Counted from the first letter of the stretch, positions 26,204 to 40,420 are shown. The stretch is DNA of 64,000 nucleotides from Octopus sinensis (GCF_006345805.1 NC_043006.1:21018001-21082000), one strand, 5' to 3'. Program-made: numbers and translations. The notes: a model not told the origin generated them from the sequence alone.

Positions 26204-26611
26204 TATTTCTTTACTACCCACAAGGGGCTAAACACAGAGGAGACAAACAAGGACAGACAACGGATTAAGTCGATTAAATCGACCCCAGAGCGTAACAGGT
26301 ACTTATTTAATCGACCCTGAAAGGATGAAAGGCAAAGTCCACCTCGGCGGAATTTGAACTCAGAACGTAGCGGCAGACGAAATACCTATTTCTTTACTAC
26401 CCACAAGGGACTAAACACAGAGGAGAGAAACAAGGACAGACAGACGGATTAAGTCGATTATATCTACCCCAGTGCGTAAGTGGTCCTTAATTTATCGATC
26501 CCGAAAGGATGAAAAGCAAAGTCGACCTCGGCGGAATTTGAACTCAGAACGTAACGGCAGACGAAATACCGCTAAGCATTTCGTCCGGCGTGCTAACGTT
26601 TCTGCCAGCTC
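26204..26611 (-). mobile_element. SINE family C dimer with a single TSD
   Basis: 183-bp period; 14-bp TSD ataaaataataacc at 26190-26203 and 26612-26625. Confidence 0.92.
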
Positions 26612-27469
26612 ATAAAATAATAACCAAAGTGAAACAAGTGCTGGGGGTAATTAATAGACTCTTGAAGGCGGTACTCCAGCGTGGCCGCAATCCCATGCTT
26701 GTAACTACTAGTTACAGAGTAGGACAGTAAGCAGGTCAGGAAATGAACTATGTTGCGTTGCTACTTTTAGAATCTGCCGTCTCCACCCTATCATCATCAG
26801 ACTCGCCTCCTGGAGAGCTAAGTTAGTCAGCCAGCCAGCCAGCCAGCCAGCCAAACGGCTGACATGCCAGCTAGGAATCGGCCAGTCAGCCTGTCAGACG
26901 TGCAACCAGACACCCAGCCTGCCAGACGGGCAGCCAGCCAAAGAATTCCGTATGAATGAAATAAATATGGCATTGTTTTGTTCCAAATGAAACAATGGCA
27001 TCCTAAAATCTGTAGCGCACTTTTAGAAGTGATTAGATAACTATGAAAATACATGGAGCCGTCGTCGTCGTCATCATCATCTCTCTTTCTCCCTCCCTGA
27101 TTGTCCGTCTGTCTTTCTCTTTATAGCTCATTCTTACACTTCTATTTTTCTTCTCATAGCTATTCCTCTCACTGTCACTCTTCCCCTTTCTCTCTATCTA
27201 TCTTTCTTTCTCTGCCTTTCGTCCACATTTTTCTGTTTCTTTAACACCTTCCTCTCCCACCATTTTATTCTTGTGATAGTTGCATTGGGTTGCTGATTTG
27301 GTATCCTGATATGTATAGAGAATTCTCAAACGCGATCTCGTACAACAACTACATGGAAATCACGAGAGGAGAACGCAACTAGGAACGGTACAGCGTGGTT
27401 CTCGAAAAGTGAGCTGTGTAACTTGCAGTTACGAATATTTAACATTTGTCCTACAAGAGTGAAACAACA

Positions 27470-28950
27470 CATGGCGACGCGGAGGACAACTGGAAAACGC
27501 TTAAACTTGAACAACTTAGAAGAAGCTAATGCCTGGCTGATACACAGTTCGAAGAAAAAATTGAATGCGATGACACGTTGAAGATGTCAAAAAGAAGCCA
27601 ACAGCGCAGGAGTGGCTGTATGGTAAGTAGCTTGCTTACCAACCACATGGTTCCGGGTTCAGTCCCACTGCGTGGCACATTGGGCAAGTGTCTTCTACTA
27701 TAGCCTCGGGCCGGCCAAAGCCTTGTGAGTGGATTTGGTAGACGGAAACTGAAAGAAGCCCATCGTATATATATATAGGCACAAGAGTGGCTGTGTGATA
27801 AGTAGCTTGCTTACAAACCACATGGTCTCGGGTTCAGTCCCACTGCGTGGCACTTTGGGCAACTGTCTTCTACTTAGGCCCCGGGCCGACCAAAGCCTTG
27901 TGAGTGGATTTGGTAGACGGAAACTGAAAGAAGCCCGTCGTATATATGAGTAAATATATGTATGTGTGTGTATATGTTTGTATGTCTGTGTTTGTCCCCC
28001 CCCCCCAATATCGCTTGACAACCGATGCTGGTGTGTTTACGTCCCCGTAACTTAGCAGTTCGGCAAAAGAGACCGATAGAATAAGTACTAGGCTTACAAA
28101 AAATAAGTCCTGGGGTTGGTTTGATCGACTAAAGGCGGTGCTCTAGCATGGCCGTAGTCAAATGACTGAAGCAAGTAAAAGAGTAAGAGTAAAGTGTAAA
28201 GAGTATTTCTTTCTACCTGTGGAGTTAAAGGCATAATGAAATTAAAAGAAGTTCTTTTTCTGCTGAGTCTTCAGTATGCAACATACCAACAAATAACGAA
28301 TGCGCAGCAAGAACTAGTAAAGCCGAAGGAGAGACTGTTAACTGTGAACAGTTTAAAATTATTTGGGACTGAAGCAACTAGAAAATGAGACAATCAACGA
28401 ATTTCTTCTTAGGATTTATTCCCAAGCTTCCTTCTGTCATTTGAATAGGTTGGGAAGAAAATTCAGAAAAAGAAATCTTGAAATTCATTTTCATCGCGGA
28501 ATTATCGTCGGCAGAAGTAAAGTTTTAAAAATGTGGATCAGTTGCGATGTCATTCTCAAATGAAATGCACTGAACTAGCTGCTCTCGCATCCACCATAGA
28601 ATCGGAAACGCCGTTTGCGAGTGATCGACAAACCATAACAAACATTAATGGTCAACAAGAATGCCCCAGGAGCAGTCGTGACGTTGTAGCGAAATGTTGA
28701 AATTGTGGGTGTACACACAAAGTTTATGCATGCCCAGCATATGGGAAAAATTGTTATAAGTGTGGCAAGTTAGAGCATTTTGCAAAATTTTGCCGATCTA
28801 GAAACGATCGCGGTGTGGAAAACATAAATGTATCTCCAAGCGAGACTGGATCTGTCAACAGTTTGTTGCTAAACGTGAACAACAATGAGAGTACAGATAA
28901 CACGGGTTTTTGCAAGTGCTTTATAAATAACAAAAGCATAAATATTGCTG
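27470..28950 (+). mobile_element. Decayed Mag/gypsy LTR-retrotransposon gag remnant, split by a SINE
   Basis: LKQLENETINEFLLRI...ASFC and paired knuckles C*NCGCTH...CPAYGKNCYKCGKLEHFAKFCRS at ~28695-28800. Possible PBS tggcgacg at ~27472. Confidence 0.8.
27604..28190 (+). mobile_element. SINE family A with duplicated head
   Basis: Head up to the TA tract (27604-27775), immediately followed by a full copy from 27778. Confidence 0.9.
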
Positions 28951-28954
28951 TAAA

Positions 28955-29386
28955 GTGGGTTCCTCCCACTGGTGTGATGTGTGAATGCTGTTGTACTGTA
29001 CATGCTGCTGTGCTGTTGAGCGAACGGTCTTCGTCCCAGAGCTCGCAAGATGAGAGAAGTCCGAAACATGGTCCTTTGCTATTCGTATGACCCGCAGAAG
29101 AGAAAGCAGGTCAACCCTCGACACCGAGAGCATCGACGGATGGATGAATGCGCATCCAGGCTCAGCGGTTGCGTAGGAAGTTGGGGACAAGAAACAGGAA
29201 GAAAGAGTGAGAGAAAGTTGGGGCGAAAGAGTACAACAGGAGTCGCCACCCCACCCCCAGCCGGAGCCTCGTGGAGCTTTAGGTGTTTTCGCTCAATAAA
29301 CACACACAACGCCCGGTCTGGGAATCGAAACCGCGATCCTCCGACCGCGAGCCCGCTGCCCTAACCATTGGGCCATTGCGCCTCCA
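28955..29386 (-). mobile_element. SINE family B head with an alternative 3' body
   Basis: Shares the ~200-bp head to ...cttcctgtttct, then differs completely from other B copies. Confidence 0.75.
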
Positions 29387-30965
29387 CTGTAGTTGCTGCT
29401 TTACGCAAGTAGTTACAATAGTTAGTAGTCTTCGGATACCGTTGTATGTCTTCGTACCAGAATAGTAATACACTAACTTCTTCTGTCTTACTATTGGCTC
29501 TTGCTCTTTTGATTTCAATCTGGTCCTCTGTTGGCAGAGGTTTATTTTTACGAGTCAAACTGCTGCTGTGTGCGACAGGCAGCTATAAACTACAAATGAA
29601 TTGAAAATTGATCGCTGTATTTAAGTTTTACATTGATATTTAAGCTTACCTTTTAAAAGTTCAATGATAATTCTTCTGCCGCTACTTAATTTAAAGACAA
29701 TTTGATGTATGTAGGTCCTTAATTTTCGTACAAATAATTCTGTTTCATGGATGACTTTCGCTGGTTTTTGCAATTTATTTCGATTACTCCCAAATTTATT
29801 TCCAAGCTATAAAAATTGTTATATTTATATATTAATACCTTAGTTGAAAGGAAGAGGTGAAAAGAGAGAAATGAAACTTGTTAAGCAGAAGTAAAGTTGA
29901 AGAGGCAAAGCGGCAAAGAATAGGGAGTAAGAGGGAATGTGGGAGCGTGAGAGAGAGAGAGAGAGAGCAAGAGGGAGAGAGAGAGAGAGAGAGCAAGAGG
30001 GAGAGAGAGAGAGAGAGAGCAAGAGAGAGAGAGGACATTGATAGCAGTGAGAGGTAAGAGAAATATACTGCGTTAAACGCAGGAGGAAAGTTAGAGGCAA
30101 AGAGACATAGAGGGAGAGGGGAACGAGGGGGAAGCGAGAAAGATTGAGTGAACGAAAGAAGTCGACAGAAAATGATAGTGAAAGAGAACGAAGCTATTCT
30201 CAGAGATAAAACGCTGGAAAATCTTTTGCTTTGGACGATATATGATAAAGCCGTTTGAAAGGTAGTCGTATAAAATTTCATTAAAATGTACTAATTTTCC
30301 TGAAAGTTATGAGGCGGAAAATGTCAGGTCGTGTGAATTGTCGAAACTCCTCTCCCTAGTCCCTCAGAAAGTTTTTTTCCAACAAATCTTAACATACACT
30401 CAATCAACAGGATCTAAGCTGTTATTTATGGAATTTATGAAGCAACAAACTCGGTGGGATATACATCGGTAGTTATGCCCATAATTATTCGATAGTTATG
30501 AAATGAAGTCACTATCTACAGATGCTTATATTTTTTTGGTCCAGCTAGTAAAATTTGTTATCGTACTAAAAAATTCGTCGCAAAAAAAATCACGTTAAAA
30601 AATCGCTGAAAGCAATCGCAATAATGAAAACTTGGGAATCCAAAACTTCAGGGTCCTGATTCGGCCCGGAATTTACTCACGGTGTCAGCCTAATTCCCAA
30701 ATGGTATGATATGTTGGGCTACTTGCATCTAGGAATAAAGTTGGAAAAGTGTGACTCCCTGACACACTGATGACATTCGCATTTATTATATTAGAAGTGG
30801 TAATAAATTAATGCAACCTTCATCAAATAATATTGCTATATGTAAAGAGGGACCAACTGTCTTGGCGAAAAAGTAACGAATAGGCATAATTATCAAGATT
30901 AACGTTTCCTAAAGTTTATGTTTTCGTTATTGCCTTCACTTCTCTGTTTTATCATCTCTCTCCCC

Positions 30966-31018
<53 letters not shown>

Positions 31019-31092
31019 ATAATATCTCTCTTCCTTCACTGATTTTTTTCCTTCTCCCTATCCTCTTGTTATTTGTACCACTGAAGAGAAAG

Positions 31093-31153
<61 letters not shown>

Positions 31154-31191
31154 GTGTGTGTGTGTGTGTGTGTGTGTGTGTCTATATATGT

Positions 31192-31239
<48 letters not shown>

Positions 31240-31280
31240 TAATGACTTATTAAACAGTCGCATATGTCATCACTTAAAAC

Positions 31281-32710
31281 CAGCGCTTCTTAAACTTTTT
31301 CATTCATGACCCCATCTTTCATCACGAGATTTTTCGCGACCCCAAGTATTAAATATGAAATAAAACATACAAATAAATACATAAATCATTTTTGTTTTTT
31401 TGCTGAACAGTATACATATGAAAAAAGTAGTTATATTATTTGTCAAAAATAAAAGTAGTTTTAGGATATGTTTCAAGTACAAAAATAAACCAAAGTAAAA
31501 ATCAACGTGACAGATGTGCTTGTTTTTTAGCTGTATAAAAAATTAAACTTTGGTGCAATATTTGGCACTGATGGACGTAAACCATCTTCTGCATTTTTCA
31601 GCGTTGAACAATATTAGGTCTTAATAAGAGTTAAAGGTGAAAAAGTCGTTTCACATTGGTATATGGTGCTAAATGACAACAACAAAAAAAAACATGTAAT
31701 GCCATTTCAGAAATTGTTGGAAATATAGCTTTAGCTCCGATCCAGAATTCACTCAAAGATTGTTTTGTAAATTCAAGTTTCAAGTTTGAGTCCCTAGATA
31801 GCTCAGCGAATTCCTCTTGAGCTTTATATGGCAGATTATTAATACCATCAATGTCAACTGAAAATGGTTCCTGAATTCAAGATAACTTTTTAAAATAAAA
31901 ATTCGATATGAGATATTTGCGAAACTGTGTTCCTCAAAATCATGTTTTTCTATGTTTGGATTCAAGATGCCTTTTTAATTTTGAAGGTTTCATACTCTCC
32001 ACGTACAAAACGATATTGCAAATTAGATAAAGAGGTTGTTCCATACCATCGATATTATTAAAAGTAAAGCCAAATTGGAGATATGAATCATCGTATTTTC
32101 TTTTTCACATCTTAGGTGCCTCTCTCTGATTACTAGGTCCTGCTTGAACAGACTTTGTAGCATTGCCATTTGCGTCATTACTTTTGTTACTCAAGTTCAG
32201 CCATTTATCCATGAGTGAAAATATTTTCATTTTGAAATATAATTAAAATAACATTTCATAAAATATTTATGAAATTACTTAAATAAATACCGATCTCAAT
32301 CGAATAAAACAGTATCATTTATTGTCATTTATCCACCTATTAAGATGAACACAATCAAACAACTACACTGAAAATACATACGTTGTCACTGCACTACTCG
32401 CAACGGCACCGCACGCGCGTTTCCTTACAGCAGCGTTTGCGTGGCCCATCACGGTAAATATTGTGCATATCTGTAATAATATCGTGATAATTCTAAAACC
32501 CTAGGGATGTTTGTCTGTACCCGAAATATCTTAGAAATAGTATATTTTATCTTAATTTTATTTTTTGAATATTTATTTTCATACTTACCTTCGGCAGTGC
32601 AGTACGAATTTTTGTAACATTTTGACCTCTATTTATTGACGAAAACGAGTAAACACAATTCATGTTTGTTATTTCTTGACGAAAAAAAAAAACATGGCTT
32701 CCATGACGTC

Positions 32711-32768
<58 letters not shown>

Positions 32769-33143
32769 TACAGAATACACGCACATATAATGAATGTCAT
32801 GGCTTGTCAATCAGCACAAACACATGTCCGCTATCTGTGACATATACACACATAGTCTTCGTGCTTTCTAAGAAAAGCAAAACGTCGACTTTTTGACGTC
32901 CTCAATATTTTAATCATTTAGAACTATTTTTAAGTGAATGTGATTTCAAAAATATAAGTTGTTTATACAGTAAGTATTTATATTTTAGCTTTCATTAAAC
33001 AGACAATATTTCAAAGCTATTTTAAAATTATTTTCAAGTCATTCATTTCCTTAAATTTTTTTTATTCATTTACTTTTGTTTTAAAATGAGAGGAGAAAGT
33101 GAAAGATGTATGTACGTGCACAAGAAATGCCCGTGTGTGTGAA

Positions 33144-33200
<57 letters not shown>

Positions 33201-34068
33201 CACAGAAAGAGAGAAAGAGAGAGATAAGAGAGAGATAGAAAAAGAGAGAGAGAGAGAGAGGAAGAGAGATAGAGATAGAAAAAGAGAGAAATAGTGAGTG
33301 AAGGAGTGTGTTGTCATGTATACGCACACACATCAATACATATACGTACATCTTTTTGTATGTGCGTGTGCATGTGTTTGTGTTAGAGAGAGTGTGTGAG
33401 TGAGTGAACGTGTGTGATCTCATGTATGTGTAAATGGCACTCTCTCCCCCCCTCTCTCTCTCTCACTCTTACACACGCACACACACACATACACACACGT
33501 CCATTTCATATACATGTTTATACATCTTTCACTTTAAAACAAAAGTAAATAAATGAAATTTTTTTACGGAAATTAACGAACAAAACAAGCTGATCTGGAT
33601 GACAGTTCTGAGAGTCAAAGCGAAAGAACGTCCCAAGGGAGTACCATTACAAAAATTTTTTTCGAGTGCATTCAACGTATCTCAGCCCCCAAAGAGTTCG
33701 TTCCTATTTCTAGCACACCCTGCCCCCATGTAACAGCTATTTGCGGTAAAGGATCCGAAAAACCTGTTATGTGGTAGCAGGGCATGCAAGAAATAGCAGC
33801 CAAATCTTCACTTTTCCGGGGAAAGGAGCCGTTTGCGCATGATTTTAATGTCACATTCGTTGAAAGCATGCGAAATAACCAGTAAAAGTGGGGGATGGGG
33901 ACCAGGAAACAAAACTCCGTTGCTGGGAAACTCAGACTTTCCAGGTGACCAAATAAGGTCAAGATGTAGTATAAACTGAAATTGAAGTGTTTGAGTTCAA
34001 TTTCCGCGACCCCAGCATTTCGCTTCGTGACCCCATTTGGGATCGCGACATAATTTATAGAAGCGCTA
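31281..34068 (-). mobile_element. hAT (Charlie/Buster-type) DNA transposon, internally deleted, with nested repeats
   Basis: Termini cagcgcttct / agaagcgcta, 8-bp TSD cttaaaac/ctttaaac, subterminal gcgacccc repeats at both ends. Confidence 0.85.
31510..32212 (-). pseudogene. Buster/ZBED-type transposase remnant (N- and C-terminal pieces)
   Basis: MDKWL...KRKYDDSYLQFGFT at the N-terminus and LSFSTIYQCETTFSPLTLIKT (hAT dimerisation motif) at ~31620-31680. The central catalytic region is missing. Confidence 0.8.
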
Positions 34069-34492
34069 CTTTAAACTAACAGGAAGTAATGTTTATACTC
34101 CTGCATCACCACCACTATCAAAAACATTACTGACACCGCCACTATCTCTGTCACCGACGCCATCATCAGTCGAAATTCATTAGCTATTTTTGTAAAGTGG
34201 AAGTTGATTTATCTTTGATTAGAAATTAGATCGCTTTATCGCATTTTCTTATCTGCAATGTTTGAGTCTCTAGAAGACTTGTTCAACCCTACCTTAAAGT
34301 ACTTAGCACTTTTGATGACTCCTACAATGGATAAAACGAAAACAAGAACTTCAATGTTGTTGTTGTTCTTCTTCTTCTTTGATCCTTTTTCTCGTCGTCT
34401 TCTTCTTCGTATAAATTTCAAACAAAGATAAGGCAATGTGTGTGTGTGTGTGTGTGTGTGCATGTGTTTGTATGTGTGTATGTTTTGTATTG

Positions 34493-34800
34493 CAGCATGG
34501 CTCAGTGGTTAGAGCCTCGAGCTTACGATCGTGATGTTGTGAGCTCGAATCCCGGACCGGGCTGCGTGTTGTGTTCTTGAGCAAGACACTTTATTTCACG
34601 TTGTTCCAGTTCACTCAGCTGTAGAAATGAATTGCAACGTCACTGGTGCCAAGCTGTATCAGCCTTTGCCCTTCCCTTGGATAACACTGGTGGCGTTGGG
34701 AAGGGAGGCAGGTATGTATGGGCGACTGCTGGTCTTCCATAAACAGCCTTGCCCGGACTTGTGCCTGGGAGGGTAACTTTCTCGGTGCAATCCCATGGTC
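34493..34800 (+). mobile_element. tRNA-derived CORE-like SINE family D
   Basis: tggctcagtggttagagc A-box, gctcgaatccc B-box, and gtgttcttgagcaagacactt CORE-like block. A related minus-strand copy lies at ~9465-9675. Confidence 0.75.
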
Positions 34801-34899
34801 TGTGTCAGCTGCTCATTTCAACAAGCAACGTGGGTCTGTTCAAGCGTTCTAACCAGAGGAAAGACACAGCAATAACTTCTTCCTCTTTAGAAGTCTAGG

Positions 34900-35300
34900 C
34901 TGGTTAGATAAGCCAAGCTTCCAGGAACCCCGGTCACTTACCACTTAAATATTTCGGCATTGAGTCTTATTTTTTTCTCTGCTCCAGCTGTTAGTCATTT
35001 ATTGTTTATGCTCTTCAACATGTAGCCTAAGATATTGGCTGTTTCTCCAATATACCTTTTCTTTGTTCACATCTCATACGCTAGTCACATCCCATTTGGT
35101 ATTCATTAAGATATTGTCTTCAGTTAGTCTTCAGTAGAGCGGAACCGTTCATGATTTTAAGGTCAATCTGATGTTTAGAATTAAAGCACGTTTAGTAATG
35201 GCGATTGTTCTATTTGCTGACTCTCTTTACGTTTCAAAGTTTCACTCTCTAAGGAGCTGTTTTAAATGGCGGTCATTGAAGACAGATGTTACAGATTTTC
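34900..35300 (-). mobile_element. Highly decayed PLE GIY-YIG remnant
   Basis: Minus strand KRYIGETA followed by VEEH near 35005-35062; the rest is heavily eroded. Confidence 0.45.
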
Positions 35301-35860
35301 ATACTCACTCAATGTTCTAACATACGTAAGTAGGCATCGTTATTTCCGACAGATAAAATATACTGGGGTTTCTGTTAGTCAAGGTTAGGTTTGAGCGAAT
35401 CAGTCAAAACAGATACGGCAAGTCGCCTTGCCTAATCCTATAACAGTTCTGCCAACCTACTACTTTGAATTTACTACTTTATATTGACCCCAGACAGAAG
35501 GAAAGGCAAAATTGACCTCGGCGTGAATTGAACTCAGTTGGTAAAAGTAATTCTGATCCAGTGCTTTGCGACACTTCGTCCTTCTCTACGTTCTGAGTTC
35601 AAATTCTGCCGAGTTCGTCTTTGCCTTTCATCCTTTCGGTGTCGATAAAATAAGTACCAGTTTTAGTGATGGGGCTGATGTAATCGACTTATGTCCTCCT
35701 TCGAAATCGCTGGACTTGTGCCAAAATTTGAAACCAACATCTAATTAGGTTACCTATGAAGAAAACCAAACAATACCATACCAAAACAAGCGACCTGCAC
35801 AATCTACGAATCCACAAACTATTTCCACTTTACAAGAATGAAGAACATCTCGGAATAACG

Positions 35861-36289
35861 GGATCTTTTCGGTTTGAACGGCAGTTTTTGACATAATTTC
35901 TAGGTAACTAAAAAATTTTAAACTTCGTATACTGGTAGAATGTGTTTATAAAACATCTTTTTCTCTTGGCTTTATTGAGAAAATGCTATAGTTTGTAAGA
36001 TATTTGTTGTTTTTTTCTTCAATTTCTGCAATTTCAACCAATCAGTAACGTCTATTGAGTTAAAAAGCATTCTGTGCCGTATGAATATGTCCCTCGTTTA
36101 AGAAACAGATTGGGTTTATTTACATTTGTGAAGAAAAAAAGATACCTTCCTCCACCCCTACCCTAACCCTAACTAACCCTAACCCTAAAATAGATTGAAA
36201 TACAATAGATCGATACTAGGGTCATATTTATGGGTGACAATTTCATATGACACCGCTAGAAAAAACTGCCGTTCAAACCGGAAAGATCC
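35861..36289 (-). mobile_element. TTAGGG-containing MITE
   Basis: Same TIRs and body as 8432-8854; internal ccctaaccctaactaaccctaacccta. Confidence 0.9.
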
Positions 36290-36708
36290 CCTGGCTCAAC
36301 TATAAATTCGAAATCAGTCCATACTCTGTGAAAACCTCACCTAAACAACAGTTAAGACATTTTAACCAACCATTTAGTAATATAATGTATGGGATGTTAA
36401 TATTACAAAATGTCAACCCGCTGAACTTCTGCCTAGCACCTTGATATGAAACAACGTATCTTTAATTTTACTGACCAAACCAAGCTAATTTCAGGCTTCG
36501 ATACGTTGAATATATAAAAAGAAAATTTTGTACGTATACCCAAGAGATGAAATGTTACTGCAACCATGATGCTCTGGTGAAATGATGAGCAACCATTATT
36601 TGCATTGAATTGTGAATAAACAATTGCATTGTATAATGCAAAGCATGAATATTAATGCAAACACGTAAGCACAATTTTATTTTACACTGAAATTATTACT
36701 ACATGGAT

Positions 36709-37096
36709 GGAAGCACTCCGTCGGTTACGACGACGAGGGTTCCGGTTGATCCGAATCAACGGAACAGCCTGCTCGTGAAATTAACGTGTAAGTGGCTGAG
36801 CACTCCACACAGACACGTGTACCCTTAACGTAGTTCTCGGGGATATTCAGCGTGACACAGAAAGTGACAAGGCCGGCCCTTTGAAATACAGGCACAACAG
36901 AAACAGGAAGTAAGAGTGAGAGAAAGTTGTGGTGAAAGAGTACAGCAGGGATCACCACCATCCCCTGCCGGAGCCTCGTGGAGCTTTTTAGGTGTTTTCG
37001 CTCAATAAACACTCGCAACGCCCGGTCTGGGAATCGAAACCGCGATCCTATGACCGCGAGTCCGCTGCCCTAACCACTGGGCCATTGCGCCTCCAC
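36709..37096 (-). mobile_element. SINE family B, full length
   Basis: 12-bp TSD tattactacatg at 36694-36705 and 37097-37108. Confidence 0.92.
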
Positions 37097-37573
37097 TATT
37101 ACTACATGAAGACGGCTACGAAACGGCTGTGATCCTAAAAATGTCAACTGGTTAAAATAAATATATTCATCTCTATACCTTCCGACCTTTTATGGTTTAT
37201 ATTCATCATGAATTAATTTCATTGATCAGATCTAGATTTCAACGGCATAGACGCACTGCATCACACTTCTCTGTATTTGATTATTTTGTGGTCTGATAGC
37301 AGAATCCGTATGAGGAGCTAGTTAGTATAAGCTATGGATTCTTTGAATATATAATGAGAAACCATCATTTTAATACTGCTGTTTAAACATTATCATTTAT
37401 TTATCTAGTTCACCCGTCTAGTCATGGCTTCCTAGAGGTATTCGTATACAGATAGCTGCAACAGGTGGAATATATAAAATATGCAGAGCTAATTTAATAG
37501 GCATTTTAACTTTATTTAATATTTAAATCAATATTTCTAAACGAAAATTCGCTTCCATGAAATTATAATTATA

Positions 37574-37630
<57 letters not shown>

Positions 37631-37647
37631 TGTTGTTGTTGTTGTTA

Positions 37648-37975
37648 AGGCGATGAGCTGGCAGAATCGTTAGCATACCGGGCGAAATGCTTAGCGGTAT
37701 TTCGTCTGCCGTTACGTTGTGAGTTCAAATTCCGCCGAGGTCGACTTTGCCTTTCATCCTTTCGGGGTCGATAAATTAAGTATCAGTTACGCACTGGGGT
37801 CGATGTAATCGACTTAATACCTATGTCTGTCCTTGTTTGTCCCCTCTGTGTTTAGCCTTGTGGGTAAAAAGAAATAGGTATTTCGTCTGCCGTTACGTCT
37901 GAGTTCAAATTCCGCCGAGGTCGACTTTGCCTTTGATCCCTTCGGGGTCGTTAGATAAGTACAGTACGCACTGGT
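37648..37975 (+). mobile_element. SINE family C, ~1.5-mer
   Basis: Junction aaagaaataggtatttcgtctg at ~37870. Confidence 0.88.
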
Positions 37976-38061
37976 ATCGTTCCTCATAGATCTTCCTTTG
38001 CAATAAGCCGTCAATTCTTCTGCCGGTTTTGTTGCAGAGCCAGAGTGACAGTTATAACGTA

Positions 38062-38541
<480 letters not shown>

Positions 38542-38739
38542 CTGAGTCATATCTCACCAATCTGAGTAAATTAAAAGAGTTTCTGGCGGCGGAGAATCAA
38601 AGACTCTAATACAGGAGGTTAGGGATTCAGTTTGCTAAAAAGCTTCTGTTTTCAGACTTGGGGAATCAAAAAAAAAAAAAAAAGCCCCCCAAAAAGACCC
38701 ATTAAAGAAAAGATGATTTAGCTTTTATGGTGCTCACTG

Positions 38740-38955
38740 ATCTCCGCAGTGTTCCGGAACGTTTCTTTAAGTCAATCCCGAACGGCTCCATCCACTTCAA
38801 ACCTGTCTCTAATTCGAGTGATGTTAAAACGCGTAGGTTGGATGCGTGGGAAACTTCCTCCTAAACTGTCTTTGCACCTCCACTCAATGTCGAAATTTCT
38901 GGTAGCATTTTAGGATGAATTTTCTTTGTTCAAACTTAAGTCTAGCTCTTTTCAT
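38740..38955 (-). pseudogene. Tc1/mariner-superfamily transposase N-terminal HTH fragment (DUF4817-like)
   Basis: MKRARLKFEQRKFILKCYQKFRH*VEVQRQFRGSFPRIQPTRFNITRIRDRFEVDGAV..KRSG on the minus strand. Confidence 0.7.
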
Positions 38956-39029
38956 TATTTGTAATGGGTTAAAAGGTCAAAGGGAATGAATATTGACATG
39001 TCTTTTTTTGAGAACATCTTGCATATATA

Positions 39030-39437
39030 GGCGCAGGAGTGGCTGTGTGGTAAGTAGCTTGCTAACCAACCACATGGTTCCAGGTTCAGTCCCACTGCGT
39101 GGCATCTTGAGCAAGTGTCTTCTGCTATAGCCCCGGGACGACCAATGCCTTGTGAGTGGATTTGGTAGACGGAAACTGAAAGAAGCCCGTCGTATATATG
39201 TATATATATATATGTGTGTGTGTGTGTTTTTGTGTCTGTGTTTGTCCCCCTAGCATTGCTTGACAACCGATGCTGGTGTGTTTACGTCCCCGTCACTTAG
39301 CGGTTCGGCAAAAGGGACCGATAGAATAAGTACTGGGCTTACAAAAGAATAAGTCCCGGGGTCGATTTGCTCGACTAAAAGGCGGTGTTCCAGCATGGCC
39401 GCAGTCAAATGACTGAAACAAGTAAAAGAGTAAAGAG
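39030..39437 (+). mobile_element. SINE family A, full length, young
   Basis: Near-identical to 3648-4074. Confidence 0.92.
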
Positions 39438-39654
39438 TATATATATATTTTTATGAATGTGTGTGTGTGTCTGTGTTTGAAAGGTGAACTGACAGTCATC
39501 AGAGCGTTGCATTCTGAATTCAAATTCCGGGGAGGTTGACTTTGGCTTTCATGTTTTCAATGTTTGCAAATAGTCTTGTAGTGGAGGCGATTCCTGTTTC
39601 TTTTTGAAAAAAAAGTCTGTTGTATGCCATCAGGGCTCCACCTGGAATGTATAC

Positions 39655-39803
39655 AGTCATGTATGTATGTATGTATACCTATATATGTATGTAACACACC
39701 ACATATATATATGTAGACATATGTATATATATTATATGTATATATATGTATATATATGTATATATATGTATGTATTATGTATATATATGTATATATATAC
39801 ATA

Positions 39804-39855
<52 letters not shown>

Positions 39856-40165
39856 TGTATGTATATATATAGATATATATACATATGCAGATTATACATA
39901 TGTATGCATATATGTATACATATATATATACATATATGTATATATATATATATATACACATACATGTATATATATATATATTACATACATACATATATAT
40001 ATATACATACATATATATATATATATATACATACATATATATATACATAATATTATACATATATATATGTATATGTATATATATATATGTATATATATGA
40101 ATGTATATATATGTATGTATACATATATGTAAGTATGTATACATACATATATATGTATATATATC
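39655..40165. repeat. Complex (TA)n/(TATG)n microsatellite
   Basis: Direct inspection. Confidence 0.95.
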
Positions 40166-40420
40166 TATTTCAGTCATTTAACTGCGGCCATGGTGGGGTG
40201 ACAAACACACACACAGACATACGATGGGCTTCTTCAGATTCTGTCTACCAAATCCACTCACAAGGCTTTGGTAGTCCCGAAGCTATAGTAGAAGATACTC
40301 GCCCAAGGTGCCACGCAGTGGGACTTAACCCGGAACCATGTGGCTGGTAAGCAAGCTTCTTACCACACAGCCACGTCTGTGATTGTATGTGTATGCACAT
40401 TTACGTGCGTGTATTGTGTA

